A DNA stretch of 64,000 nucleotides from Eledone cirrhosa (GCA_964016885.1 OZ024741.1:35464001-35528000); one strand, 5' to 3'; numbered from the stretch's first letter, positions 38,087 through 52,395 are shown. Numbers and translations are program-made. Notes: generated by a model not told the origin, from the sequence alone.

Positions 38087-38708
38087 GTAGTTGCCTTGTT
38101 CATCTGTATTGGTAGTGTAGTATGTTCGTATGGTGGAATGCTACTGTGTGTGTGTGTGCGTGTGTGTGTGTAGTTGTCTCGTTTGCGTGTGTGTGTGTGT
38201 GCGTGTGTTGTGTGTTGTTGCATCGCTTGTTAACTTAAACCAGCCATTTCATTTCGCTTCTCTCTAATCGGTTGTTTATTTGCGGTTGCAGTCGTTTGAT
38301 AAGAAGCGCTTCCTTAATATGTAACGTGCCGACGTTTCTTTCAGTCGCTAGAATTGTGACAATGGGCCTTCCGTCTTTGTTTCCGCATTTGTCTATGTGT
38401 TTCCGGAAAGACGAGGCCCTGGTTTTAATGTGTTCCTTGATCCGGATGTGCAAAGGTCGAATTGTGATACCTATGTAGTATTAGTTGCACCTGTCACATT
38501 CTATCTTATACACGACGTATGTGCGTAGGCAACAGTTAGTATGGCGTATCGGGCAGTCTCTGTGGGAGCATGCGTCTACACATCTCACACATCTTACACA
38601 CACCACGCTTCTCAACGTACACCCACTTACATATCTCTCTCTCCACCACCGGACCTTGTTACCCGGAGATTTGCCCATTTGCATTGTCGAGGCTTCCAAA
38701 CGACTTAT
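37503..38708 (-). mobile_element. Penelope-like element (GIY-YIG C-terminus) with inverted pLTR
   Basis: VVYKIECDRCN.YYIG, RIKEH, LHIKEALLIKRLQPQIN; 37503-37635 is the reverse complement of 38575-38708. Confidence 0.85.
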
Positions 38709-38771
38709 AAATATTTACCTATTGTTCCACAATGCTTCAAGCAAACTTCAATACTCTCTTATATATATATA

Positions 38772-38899
<128 letters not shown>

Positions 38900-38902
38900 A
38901 GA

Positions 38903-39963
38903 ATAAGTAAAAGCGAAGTAGTTTCAGATGTTCAAGTCCTTTAATAATAATGCTGTGATATATATTTCAATGACGACACTGGCCACACTGTTCTGTGTGC
39001 GAGTGTCGTGACATCATCAGACAGCTTGTTACATAATAAGGTTATGTTTCCGAGGCAATCCAAGTTGAATCGACATGGGAACGGACGAAGTGTGTGCTTT
39101 TGGGTTCTTCATCCGTTCCCCTGTGAGTAACAATTCACCCCCACCGGTCTGCGCAGGCGCATGTCCGAAGGAAGTTGACCATTAGCTACCGCAGATTTTA
39201 ACGAAATTCGCTTAATCAGTTCACCCTCTCAGCCAAACAATGAAACATTTAGGCCTGTACCATAGTTTACTGCTACCCGTTCCGTCTGTGGCAGTCAGCC
39301 GAAAGCCTGAGGGGATAGGAGAGTGTTAGTATTTACAAGTCACAATACTACCTCTCACCAAGCATGGACAGTGCGACTGACCATCAACTCCCAAGAGAAA
39401 ATATACTTAATTCTAGGTATCATGGTTTTACATTAGAAGTTATGAGTGAGTGTTGGAAATAAAAATTAAAATCTTAAATCAAAACATTCTGTTGTTAGTC
39501 ACTGCGTTCTAACAGATAGGTAGATTAACTAAAAAATCAAAACATATCACCGAAGTGATGGACCTACAGTAAAGGTGGAACTTTGATATTAAAAAGCTTC
39601 AAGTTATAAACCATTAGAACCTCCATCTTGTTTAGATCCTCTGGCTTTCGGCTGACTGCCACAGACGGAACGGGTAGCAGTAAACTATGGTACAGGCCTA
39701 AATGGGTCATTGTTTGGCTGAGAGAGTGAACTGACTAAGCGAATTTCGTTGAAATCTGCGGTAGCTAATGGTCAACTTCCTTCGGACATGCGCCTGCGCA
39801 GACCGGTGGGGGTGAATTGGTACTCACAGGGGAACGGATGAAGAACCCAAAAGCACACACTTCGTCCGTTCCCATGTCGATTCAACTTGGATTGCCTCGG
39901 AAACATAACCTTATTATGTAACAAGCTGTCTGATGATGTCACGACACTCGCACACAGAACAGT
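38903..39963 (-). mobile_element. Penelope pLTR with 320-bp inverted duplication (38987-39307 / 39643-39963)
   Basis: Near-identical inverted arms; hammerhead at left end; internal hairpin 39077-39120. Confidence 0.85.
38952..39025 (-). ncRNA. Type I hammerhead ribozyme, extended stem II
   Basis: gctgt-CTGATGA-tgtc-acgacact..agtgtcgt-catt-GAAA-tatata-TC-acagc. Confidence 0.87.
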
Positions 39964-42900
39964 TAAATTAAAACAAAATTAACAAAATTAAAACAAAATT
40001 AACATACATTCGGCAGTTAACATAGATAATGCAAGAGGATAGTTTGTTAGTCAGATGTAGAAGTTATTGTATGCGTTAGTTACGTGTGTCTCATTCATAT
40101 ATGATTATTGTGTGGCAGGGTGTTACATGTAATACAAGCACTTTACGTGGGTAAGTAAGAGTATTATGGTGGTTGCAGTGGTAAGGTATTTTTTGTATAT
40201 AATAAGAAAGTATTTGTGCAGAAAAATAGAAAGGAGAAGCAAAAGAGAGTTATGGTTTTCGTATCCACCACCATTTTCACATTTAGGAAATGTAATATAT
40301 AGTTTATACATCCATCACATAATTAACGATGGTTCTGTATTGGATGTTTGATGCATTAAATTAAATTATTTTAGCTTATTGCGGCTCAGTGTTCTTTAAT
40401 CCAATTTTATAGAGTAGGTTGTTTCTGCTGCGAGAATTTACATCGGTTTATTATCCGGAAGTATGTGTGTAATTAAGGTAATGCGTAAGGGGAGGTAACT
40501 AGCTGATTTCCATAACTAAATTACTGTTCTAACTTACATTATAAGGTGTCTCAATTGAGTCCCTTATATAGACGGTTATATATTTATATTCAGTTTCCAA
40601 TTTTAAACCCAGTCTACTCTATCATGATGTACTAAAGGTATTTATATTAGGATGGTTACTCCCTATCATAGAGTGCTACAACTGAATATTCCATATAAAG
40701 AGCCACATCTTTATATCAAAGTTCTCTGAAAATGTAGTCTACTCACAGAACATGTCAGGGGACCTATTAGTACTATGTCTACATAACCCCTGGTAAGTTC
40801 TGGAGCAGCGTATGGCTGTCTGCATGGCAAAGCCGAATACATCTCTAGTGCAGACAAAAACATCCCTCATTTACAATGTCATTAATCTATCCATCAAGTT
40901 GTACCTGCATATATAACTCACATACCATTCATACATAATTCAATTCAATTCAATTCACTCAACATATAGGTTATACAGATCTCTTATGTTAATAAATTAA
41001 TCTTATATATATCCAATGTTATCATTCCATACATACAAATACATTTGCATAGATAATTCATTGTCGAATCTGGTGTTTAAAGCTTACATAGACTGCATTG
41101 TATAATTATAAGTGATACCCCATGAACAACCACCCCCTAGTATAACCACCTTCAACTGCTATATAATTATAAGCAGTTGAAAGTAATTACCCCAAAAGTA
41201 GGTGCCCATGGGGATATTTCTAGGGTAAAAGTTATAGACAGATAGAATGATTTGTGTTGAGATAGGGTGGTTCAGAGAGTGTGGAGTTGTGGTGTAAGGT
41301 GTGCCCTTGAGGTGTAGTGTAAGAAGTGGTGATGGGTTCAAGTCTGACATTGTTATATATTGGGTTTAAAGTTTTGGAAGGAGTGTCGGAAGCGGTGCTG
41401 GCACGACGCAAACGCCTCCGATTTTTTTAGGAGGTTATGGTTTGAGAAGATTATAGTACGGGTCTCTAGTAGACAGAGGTTGCAGAATTTATTAGGTGGT
41501 TTGTACGATGCCGCTTACCTATCACTTCCCATTTAAGTGTATAAGATCTATTTTTAGTTTTTAGATAGTGTATGTAGCTAGATAGTGAAGTGAAGTTGGC
41601 TAGACCGTGTTTTTTGAAAGAATGGAGGTGTGAATTGTATCTGGTTTTGAAGCAGTTCAAAGTAGAGCCTATATAGGTTTCAGAAGAGTTGCTAGTTATG
41701 ACGGTGCATGAGTATATGATGTCCTTGATTAAGCAGTTTTTATCTAAAGGGCAGGTTCTATTAGATCTACAGTTACAATTATTATGGGTGTTAACCTGCC
41801 GGTTATTATGTTGTGTAGAAGTCTGGTTTCTAGTTATTGCATTATGGCTATGTGGGTTGTCGCTCCCAGCGTTATTGCTTACACTAGTGCTATTACTATT
41901 ATTACTATTGATATCAGGGTTTGTAGATATAACGTTGTTTTGAAGGTTTACCTCCTGCCGTGTTTTGGTTTGTTGGAAGTAAGTATTAATTTTTCTTTTA
42001 TCGCTACTAGCTATGTGGTATGCTATGTTAGGCGTGTTAGAGTAGGAGATTTTAATTGTGTTTTTGTTAATAATACTGTGGTACTTGTGGCCAGATGGGA
42101 ACTTTTATCCAGAAGTGAGAAGAAAGCCTTAGGTAGGTTGGTAGAGACGTTTAGATTGAAAGGTGGGTTGAAAAATGTATTATTTCTTCTTCTATTTTTG
42201 TTTTTTATGTCTGGTGAGATGCTTCCGTTTATGGTATTTTGGTGACTTCTGTGGTGTGGGTTACGTTTGTTGCCACCCTTCGTACTAGTGTGTGTGTGGT
42301 TATTACTCTTATTACTATTTTTCCTCATGGACATATTGTGCGAAATAATGTTGTATCTATGTGTTTTTGCAGGTAGGAACTCGATCTCATTATTGTGGCC
42401 TGATCTAGCTAATGCCTGATTATAATATTGTGAGTTTTTGCTAAATATGTTTTCGTCATAAGATAGATTAGAGATTCTATTGGATATTCCCTTGGAGATA
42501 GAGTTTAATATTGATCTAGGGTGGTTAGACTTGGTATCTACGTAAATCAGTTTTTCGTTAGGTTTATGGAATGGTGTATATATCCTAGAGTCTAGTTAGA
42601 GGGTGGCATCTAGGAAGTTAACGTTTTTAGTGTTTTTGTCTATGGTGATACTTAGATTATAGTTTTTGAAAGTCTTGTGCAATAGTTTTCTAGTTCTTTC
42701 TATATTAATTTTTTTATAGTCTATAAGGAGAAGTGCATCATCGCGGTACAAACCACCGTTGAGGTATGGAAGGTCCTTATGGATTTCGTTTAGTAAATAT
42801 AGGCCCACAAAATCAGTGACCTGCGCCGAGTCAGTAGATCCCATGGTTATGTCGAAGTTGTTTTGTGTATCCTTGCGGGTCCATAAATGGTCTTCAAAAG

Positions 42901-43570
42901 TGATTACGGTTTTACGGGCCGCAAGTATGACATCAATCTGGGGTCTAGTCAGGTCACTATTGTTCATGGCCATAATTAGTGTCTTATTTAATAGGATAGG
43001 GGAAATAGAGGTGTAGTATGAATTGATATCAAATTGAATAAATTTGTTATCTTTGTTTTCCTTGATATCCTTGAACCATTCAATAACTTCACCTGTATTT
43101 CCCCATTGTTTAAGGTATATATTTTGTGTTTAATCTGTGGGATGATTTTATCTAAAATTTTCTTACTGATAATGCCAATGTCAGACTTGGAAGGGCAGAT
43201 TAGTCTAATCGAGGGGTTGCTAATGAAATCCTCCCTATGGTCTTTCAGAGAGAATCTATGGTTGTGTATGTCTCTGAAGTCCTAGTTTAGACACTATACT
43301 ACGGCCTTCTATATTAATTTCTTCTAAGTTTTTCATAGTAGTTTTCCTGTAGGTCTTATGTAGTTCATTATATATAAACTTTCTATATGTATCATAATCT
43401 AGGCTGTATATGTTATTAGTTTTGTCCGCATGTACAATAATTTTACTATCTGTTTTGAATTCATTAATAGAGGAGTTAAGTTTGTTTAAGAAGGTGTTGT
43501 TTTTACTGCGATGTTTTTTTGTATTTAATGTTCTTAATTAGTTTTATTAGGTCATTTTCAAAGGAGTTTA

Positions 43571-43571
<1 letters not shown>
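39964..43571 (-). mobile_element. Naiad-type Penelope-like element (RT + GIY-YIG, frameshifted; coding ~43571-41355)
   Basis: HADKT, LKDH, RLICPSKSDIG, MGSTDSAQVTDFVG, LYRDDA, FNPPF, FKTRYNSH, CNLC; 3' UTR extent uncertain. Confidence 0.9.
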
Positions 43572-43632
<61 letters not shown>

Positions 43633-43649
43633 GTTTATATATATATATA

Positions 43650-44922
43650 TGCTACCGTTAACCGTAATTGTAATTGCAGAAAACCTACCAATTTCCCCCT
43701 TAATGGGCATTGTCTTACTAATAATGTAGTTTATAGATGCATTATTAAAACCTCTAATGGCACTAAAACTTACATTGGTGCTAGTGCTAACCGTTTCAAG
43801 ACACGCTTTAATTCTCATACGTATTCTTTTAAGAATAGTAGCTTAAAACCCTCGATTTCTCTCGCCAAGATTGTAAAAACCCTTAAACTATTTAATATTG
43901 AATACTATTAATAGACTTAAGGGTCATTTTGATCTCTGTTTATCTGAAGCTTATTTTATAACGTTATCTAAACCTTGCCCAATTAATGACTACAATGAGA
44001 TGGTGATTAACTGCCATCACTGGTTGGCATATTCTTTTGATAACAGAACTTGTGATGCCACTTAGATTCTATTAGTTTAGTTCTTCATTCCTCCCTCTAT
44101 ATCTTATTTTTTATCTTTTTTTTCTTTTTCTTTTGATTTTTCTCTTTCTTTATTATTTGTCTTCCACCTATGCATTTTACCCCCACTTCTTAACTAGTTA
44201 TTTGTTCCTACCCTATCTAATCTAAACCTTACCTATTCCTAATTTTACCTTATCCTCTCCTATCCCAAAGTAATACCTCCTTTCTTTAGGCCTATTTTTA
44301 TGTATCTCCTTTAAAGTAGACCCTAGACTCTTTATTTCACAATTCCATCTGTAGTTAATGACTATTTTATATTTTCACTTGTAATACAACCTCATATTAT
44401 ATATTAATATCTACATATACCTTCTAACCTATATATTCCCTGTTTAATTTAATTATCTATATTTCCATATGTTTTAATGCACTGTAACTAATTCCCAACA
44501 ATATTGATTTAAGGTTCGTTCTTATTGTTTCGACCGTCATACACCCTCCTAGTAATAATTAGATATATTTTTTATTCCTTATCATAATACAAATTATTTC
44601 TTATCTATATTCTGTCCTTAACATCTTATTAGTTTATTATTAATTTTTTGGTGTGTTTTTTTTCAAAGAATACTCAATTAAATTTTGCTATACTGTACTA
44701 CTTATCTATCTCTTCTGACAACTAATTATCTCCCTTTGAAAATCACGTGTATATTCATTTTCCAATCTAAACAAGATGGAGGTTCTAATGGTTTATAACT
44801 TGAAGCTTTTTAATATCAAAGTTCCACCTTTACTGTAGGTCCATCACTTCGGTGATATGTTTTGATTTTTTAGTTAATCTACCTATCTGTTAGACACGCA
44901 GTGACTAACAACAGAATGTTTT
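43650..44922 (+). mobile_element. Naiad-type 3' fragment (GIY-YIG + 3' UTR)
   Basis: CNCRKPTNFPLNGHCL, VVY..YIGASANRFKTRFNSH; last ~158 bp are the reverse complement of 39480-39637. Confidence 0.85.
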
Positions 44923-45637
44923 AAGTCTGCGTGTCTGACATATATGCGTAGCTTGTGAATAAAAAAAATCAAGGGGTTTCGCTGGCCGTGGTGATCCCTG
45001 CCAAACATGCTTTGTAATGTATCGTCTTATTGGCTAATTTCATCTTCTTATTGGCTAATCAACCAATGAGAGTAATTGTTGCTCAAAATCATCCACCACT
45101 TTGTTTGCACGTTTATTTATCGTTTCGCTTTCAAATCTTCCTCCTGTATTTCGTCGTTTATCATGAAAATATTTTTCTCGTTTTAGTAAGTTATATTGTT
45201 AATTTATATATGATTTTTTAAATTTATATTAACTATTTTTTTGTCAGTTCGTTACAACATGCTTATAATATTGGTTGTATCATATTTACTTTTATATTTG
45301 TCCATATTATTGTTCGTTTTATGTTAGATTATTTTATTATTATTATGTTAGATTATTTTTTTATTATTATGTTAGACTATTTATATGTAATATTTAATTT
45401 TTATTAATTCAACTATAACAATTATTATGTAAAATATATTTATTTAATATTGATTGTTTTTTGTAGTTGTTTATATTAAAAGTCTGAAAATATTTTTATA
45501 CATCTTACAATAATATTTATAAGATCATTTATAAAATAACAATTATATAATCTAATTACATTACAATGATAATTTATTATTAATATATATCATGTTTAAC
45601 TAGAGTTATTACAAGCGTTGCCTTTAAAAAATATTAA

Positions 45638-46088
45638 ACTAGACCTGAAAAAATGCGCAGGCTCAAAAGAGCCACAGAATGTTATAATAAACCTTCAAAA
45701 GTGTGGGACTAGAGTTGTTGCTCAAAATTATTGTAATCATTATCTATCATTCACTTTGTGGCATCCTTTTATAAAAAAATGAGACTCATAACGAACTCAA
45801 GACGACACGATAATTATTTAAGTGAATTTATAATATAGAATTCGGTTTAAGTGCATTTCGTATTAATCATTACTAAACATCTAATATGAGATATTGAACA
45901 TTAGCTTAAATAATTATCGTGTTGTCTTGAGTTCGTTATGAGTCTCTTTTTTTTTTATAAAAGGATGCCACAGAGTGTATGATAGATAATGATTACAATA
46001 TTTTTGAGCAACAACTCTAGTCCCACACTTTTGAAGGTTTATTATAACATTCTGTGGCTCTTTTGAGCTTGCGCATTTTCACGTCTAG

Positions 46089-46089
<1 letters not shown>
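45638..46089. mobile_element. Fold-back element, ~185-bp arms (45638-45822 / 45905-46089); MITE or pLTR fold-back
   Basis: Arms are reverse complements, termini ACTAGAC / GTCTAGT. Confidence 0.75.
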
Positions 46090-46158
<69 letters not shown>

Positions 46159-46161
<3 letters not shown>

Positions 46162-48927
46162 TCAGATCACAAACTAGTGACCTGCATGGCCAACCTTGAT
46201 AGAACCCATAGACAAGGACCCGGCTACTGGAAGCTGAACTTGTCGTTACCGACAAGCAAAGCCTACAGTAGACGGATTAGCACTTTAGTTAAACAGCACT
46301 TGACAGGGGCCATTGTCAACAACAGATGGTGGTACTCTCTCAAGAGGGCAGTTAGATTAGACTCGATAGTTTTTAGTAAAGAATTAGCGTTAGATAGAAA
46401 TAGAACCGAGAAGGAACTGGTAGATAAAGTAGAAGAGGAAATTAGAAATGGCAACGTAGCCAGCGTGCTAGCAACGAGAACGGCCTTGGACCAGTTCTTC
46501 GACGCAAAGCACGAGGGCTGCGTTGTCAGAAGCAAATTACGTGCTCTGGGAAACGAGGGAGCCAAAGTTGTTAGCTGGGCCCGAGTGACGGAGGCAAAAA
46601 GTGGCAACAAGTCCACGATTCGGTCTTTGAAGGACCAAAACGGACGCGTGATACGTGAGCCGAAGCAGATGAGTGCGGCTTTTCAGCGGCACTTTGCTCG
46701 GCTGTTCGGGGGGAGCGGCGCGCCGGGAGAGGCTATGGATTTCGGTCCATACCTCGACGGCCTACCGCGACTCTCGGACAGCGAGGCAAAGTTCTGCGAA
46801 AAGCCGATTTCAGCCACTGAGATAGGGGGCGCGCTGAGCCAATGCGGCAAACGCAAATCTCCAGGTCTCGACGGTCTACCCTACGAATTTTACGTAGCAA
46901 TGCCGGACTTATTCTCCGGTCTCCTGAAAGCGGTCTACTGCAACTGGCAACAGAACGGGAGAATTCCAAGTTCTGTAACCGGGGGCGTGGTCACACTAAT
47001 CAGGAAGGACGAGAATAAGGGGGATGACATAGGCAACTTCCGGCCCATAACTCTGCTAAACACAGAGTTACAGATTTTGGCCAAGGTGTTGGCAAAGAGG
47101 CTGGCGCTTGTCGTCGAGAACCTGGTGGGAGAAGCGCAGACATGCGCGATCCCGACCAGGTCCATACACGACAACCTCCACCTCATGCGATACATCATAG
47201 AGAGGGTAGGGTGTAAACCCGGCTTCGGTGGGGCCCTGATCAACTTGGATCAGTCTAAGGCTTTCGATAGAGTTGACCATCGTTACCTGGATGCGGTGCT
47301 CGAGGCGGCAGGCTTCGGACCCGTGTTCAGGGGCTGGATTGCTGCAATGCACAACAGCAACATCTGCTCAAGGGTCAAGGTGAACGGTTACCTCTCGGAG
47401 CCGTTCCATATTACGCGATCCATTCGACAGGGATGCCCTCTCTCCTCCCTTCTGTACGTACTGACTCTCGAGCCACTACTGCGGAAGCTGGAGCTATTGC
47501 AGGGCATCCCTCTGGAACCGGGACTGAGGAAAGCGGCGTCGGCCTACGCCGACGACGTGACAGTAATGGTGTCGAGCGCCTCGCAAATCGAGGAAGTCGG
47601 CACCTTACTGAAGGAATACGAAAGTCTCACAGGAGCGAAGCTGAACCGGGAAAAGTCCATCGGTTTGCAACTCGGATCGTGGAGAGGCAGACCGATGCCT
47701 TCCGATGGCGTCGTCGGACGCTGGACGGAAGAACCGGTAAAGCTGCTCGGGGTCTGGTTTGGTCCGGACCTCCAGGTGGAGAAGAACTGGAACGAAGTGA
47801 CAGCCAAGGTGTTTGCACTCACCCAGAAGTGGGCCGAGTGCAAACTATCCTTGAAAGGTCGAGCGGAGGTGGCGAACACTTTTATAGCGTCCGCCATCTA
47901 CTACCGCTTGACCGTCGTGCCTTGTCCAGCCCAAACGCTCGCCAAAATGGAGCGCGCGCTCTTCCGATTCCTTTGGAAGAGGCGGGCTCCTTTGGTGAGA
48001 AGATCCATCTGCTGCCAACACCCTTCTAACGGAGGGCTGGGGATGCCGTGGTTGACGATGCGCAAACACGCGCTCAGGCTGCGGCATCTCTACGTATTCC
48101 TCACCGGACAACCGGTGTGGGCCCCGTTCGTGAGGCGAGCCTTCCCACGACTCGTCTCGCTGACCGAGCTGCAGTCCTGGGTCAAGCAGAGACCGAGGAA
48201 AATGGGCGACTGGCACATCGAATGTGCTCAGGCGCTCACAGCCCTCTGGCAGGCGGACCCGGCGATCAGTGGAGACTCCACTTCGTCATTCTATAGAGGG
48301 TTGGTCCGCAGCAAGTGCGACGACGCGCTCGGTGAAACTCTAGGCGTAGAGGAAGATGAACTGGCCAGTCTGTTCGGTAGGACCTTCCGCCCGGAACCGA
48401 TGGACAACTTCCAAAAGTCCCTGGCCTGGCAGTGCTACCGAGGAGCTCTACCAGTTCGAGACAAGCTCTACAGACATGGGCGCCCGGGCAGGGACCCTGC
48501 AAAAAAGATCTGTCCGAGGTGCATGCGAGACGAAGAAACCGTCGCGCACGCATTCATACACTGCCCGGGCGTCACTGACCTGTGGGGCTATGTAGAACGA
48601 CTATTGTCGCGGGTGGGACCAATCCAGTTGACCACCGAGTCCATTGTCATGATCAAACCGCCACCCTCCTTCAAAAACGAAGGAGAGGCGGTTTTCCTTT
48701 GTGTGATAGCTATGGCGAAAGAGGTTGTATGGTGGACAAGGTTGAAAGGGCTGAGGTCAGACACCTTTCTCTCCGGCCAACAACTGATTCTTTTTTTCAA
48801 ATACCACTTTGGAAGAAGAATCAGGATGGAGAGAGAGGTGCTGTACCCCAGCAAGTTTTATGAAAGGTGGGTGAAAGTGGCGAGAATGGCCCGAGTGAAT
48901 GGGCCTTCTCTCTATATCAGCCTGTAG
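46159..48927 (+). CDS. Uninterrupted but N-truncated Tx1 ORF2 (end of APE, RT, zinc finger)
   Basis: Open frame from YSDHK to the stop codon; the apparent N-terminus of the 957-aa ORF is translated microsatellite. Confidence 0.9.
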
Positions 48928-49166
48928 GTTGAGGAAAAGGAGGAGGAGAGGAAAGGAGTACAAGCTCTTCGTACTCCTGGAGATGAGGGTTGCACATTTT
49001 TTTTCGGGGGTATGTGTTACCCATATAAACTGTCTCCCTCTATTGGGGACAATCGACTAACTTTTAAATTCCATCTGTGATAACATTTTACACGTTTTTA
49101 TTGTATGTAAACTTCCCCCTTTGTATTTGTCCCCTTCTTTTGTGCCCCTGTGGCTAATAAAGAAAT
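46159..49166 (+). mobile_element. 5'-truncated Tx1 LINE flanked by (TCTA)n on both sides
   Basis: Homologous to 6149-9157; (TCTA)n at 46090-46160 and 49170-49222. Confidence 0.95.
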
Positions 49167-49175
49167 ATATCTATA

Positions 49176-49210
<35 letters not shown>

Positions 49211-49220
49211 TTATCTATCT

Positions 49221-49940
<720 letters not shown>

Positions 49941-49956
49941 TTATTATTCTTTCTTT

Positions 49957-50072
49957 TGGCTCTGATGAGTACACTAAATCACCCATTTATTTTCACTGCA
50001 CTGATATCGATTTTTTATCATATTCATATTCTCAACGTGCATGTTCATGATTTAGAAACAAATTGTCAGCCA
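49957..50072 (+). ncRNA. Type I hammerhead with ~85-nt stem II insertion
   Basis: tggct-CTGATGA-...taaatca...tgattta-GAAA-caaattg-TC-agcca. Confidence 0.68.
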
Positions 50073-50109
50073 TTAAAAATGTATATATTCATAAATCATT
50101 GTTATATAT

Positions 50110-50166
<57 letters not shown>

Positions 50167-50170
<4 letters not shown>

Positions 50171-50577
50171 TATGTATACGTACATGCATATATGTGTACA
50201 GACGTACAGTAGTATGTATATATATATACATATATGCACACATATATATATGTACGTATGGGTTTACCGAACATTTATTATAATGTTCGGTTTGTTTATA
50301 AACAAACAGCCCGAATTACACCGTACAGTGCTCGGCAACCATCGTCACCCTTTTGTTCAACACTGACACAGGAACGATGTACTAGTTTCAAGCTTATTAG
50401 CTATCGCCAGCATCGTATACCTTTCTGTCAGCTGATTGAACGTTTGAAAGTATATACTTTCATTATGCATATTAACGGCTGAGCAGCCTAATTTGCATAT
50501 CGAGTGAGTTAGACGGCCGAGCGGACCGAAAACGATAAATGGAAAAGAATGAAACGAAATTTCATTTCTCACTCTTA

Positions 50578-50580
<3 letters not shown>
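50167..50580 (-). mobile_element. Monomer of ~422-bp hammerhead repeat (hammerhead 50374-50416)
   Basis: acgatg-CTGGCGA-tagctaataagctt-GAAA-ctag-TA-catcgt; between (TA)n tracts. Confidence 0.82.
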
Positions 50581-50614
<34 letters not shown>

Positions 50615-50675
50615 AGTGTATATATATATATATAACAGGAGGCATGTTCTGGTGTAAATCCTTGAAAGGTTTATT

Positions 50676-50733
50676 TTACTATGATCATTTCAATGACGGG
50701 GTTCGGTATGAATCCGGTGACATCATCAGGTAA
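50676..50733 (-). ncRNA. Type I hammerhead related to 38952-39025
   Basis: ttac-CTGATGA-tgtcac...gtcatt-GAAA-tgatca-TA-gtaa. Confidence 0.75.
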
Positions 50734-50753
50734 TTCAAAATATAACGAAGTAA

Positions 50754-50931
50754 AATAGCAGATAAAAATCCTTGCTGTTTAAATCAGAGACAAGAGGGCG
50801 GCCGGTATTTTAGTAACTGGTAGCTGCGTGGACCGCCCTCAACACGTTGAGGGCGGTCGACGCAGCTACCAGTTGCTAAAATACCGGCCTCTTGTCTCTG
50901 ATTTAAACACCAAGGATTTTTATCTGCTATT
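50754..50931. repeat. Near-perfect ~178-bp palindrome (2-nt loop at 50844-50845)
   Basis: Arms pair except a few mismatches and a 4-nt indel; adjacent to a hammerhead. Confidence 0.92.
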
Positions 50932-51220
50932 ATATATATATATATATCATAAATCATGTCCTTAGAATTATTAGATAAAATATATACCATTTCCTCTCCC
51001 AGTTAGCATAATTAACCATATAAAAAATCAATTAGACCAGGCTATAAGAATAAAGGCTCCTATGAAGAAATATTTGATAAATAACCGAAAGCGGCCTCTT
51101 CGGGGTTGACCTCAATATATAGGAAAATGAATGACCCCGACAGCAGAGCTTAAGCCGTTTCGACGGTCCATCTGGTCCCTTACCACACCTCCTTCGTTAT
51201 ATATATTTATATACACTTGT

Positions 51221-51265
<45 letters not shown>

Positions 51266-51266
<1 letters not shown>

Positions 51267-51793
51267 TAGCAGTGGTACCCGGCGTTGCACGGGAGAAGGT
51301 ATTTTTGAACGTGGCTCGCCAACAGACCTAATCGTGGAAAAACTGCATGCCTGGACAATATGTAAAGAAAATAAACGGAATACTCTGATGACTGGATAAT
51401 CTTTAAGATTTTCCTCGATGAAGCAGGAAAATTGCACGTTTTCACCTAATGCGGGCCCTAGGGGATCAAGAAAATGAATTTTTTTATGTGCATAATATGA
51501 AGTTTTTCGCCTAATGCGGACCTTAGGCCATAAAAAGTTGGATTTTCTTTGTTGACGGTATGAAGAAGAGACTGACTAATACATAGTTACAATTTCAAGG
51601 AAATCAGTCTGACGTAACGCCTCATAAAACCCCTAAAAACCTGAAAAAACGCAGTTTTTCACCTAATGCGGGCCCTAGAGGATCAAAAAGTTGAATTTTT
51701 TTTATTTGCATAACTCTCCCTGAAGCATAAGTATAACACATGTAAAGTTTGAAAAAACTCGGTTGGGTACTTCTCGAGTTTTAGGGATTCAAA

Positions 51794-51862
<69 letters not shown>

Positions 51863-52163
51863 CCTCAGGGAAGTGACGTAATGCAGACAGTTAGACATAC
51901 AGGCAGATATTATAAGGGCGCAACGTTATATGTATGTATCTATCTAAAAAGAGAAGGACTAATAATTATAGAGAGAGATCACTACATCGCCTAATGCGGT
52001 CCATAGGGCATTGAAAATTTGAAATTTTCTTTTGCTCAGAACACTCCCTGAAACATAAGTATTACATGTGTAAAGTTTGTAAACAGTCGGTTGGGTGGTT
52101 CTCGAGTTTTAGGGATTCAAACTCACACACACACAGACAGACATCCTCAGTTATATATATAGA
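51266..52163 (-). mobile_element. Non-autonomous Helitron with internal duplications
   Basis: CTAG end and hairpin CCCGTGCAACGCCGGG as in 36086-37075; TC start; CCTAATGCGG motif four times. Confidence 0.78.
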
Positions 52164-52177
52164 TAGATATATACACT

Positions 52178-52273
<96 letters not shown>

Positions 52274-52328
52274 TATATAATATATATATATATATAATAT
52301 ATATATATAATATATATATATATATAAT

Positions 52329-52390
<62 letters not shown>

Positions 52391-52395
<5 letters not shown>

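Noticed and set aside
46054-46158. N-terminus of the 957-aa ORF as a real start
   Set aside because: GTG start lies in the fold-back arm and reads through (TCTA)n (SIYL repeats); the endonuclease is missing
51385-51440. CTGATGA...GAAA hammerhead candidate inside the Helitron
   Set aside because: No credible stem I or stem III pairing
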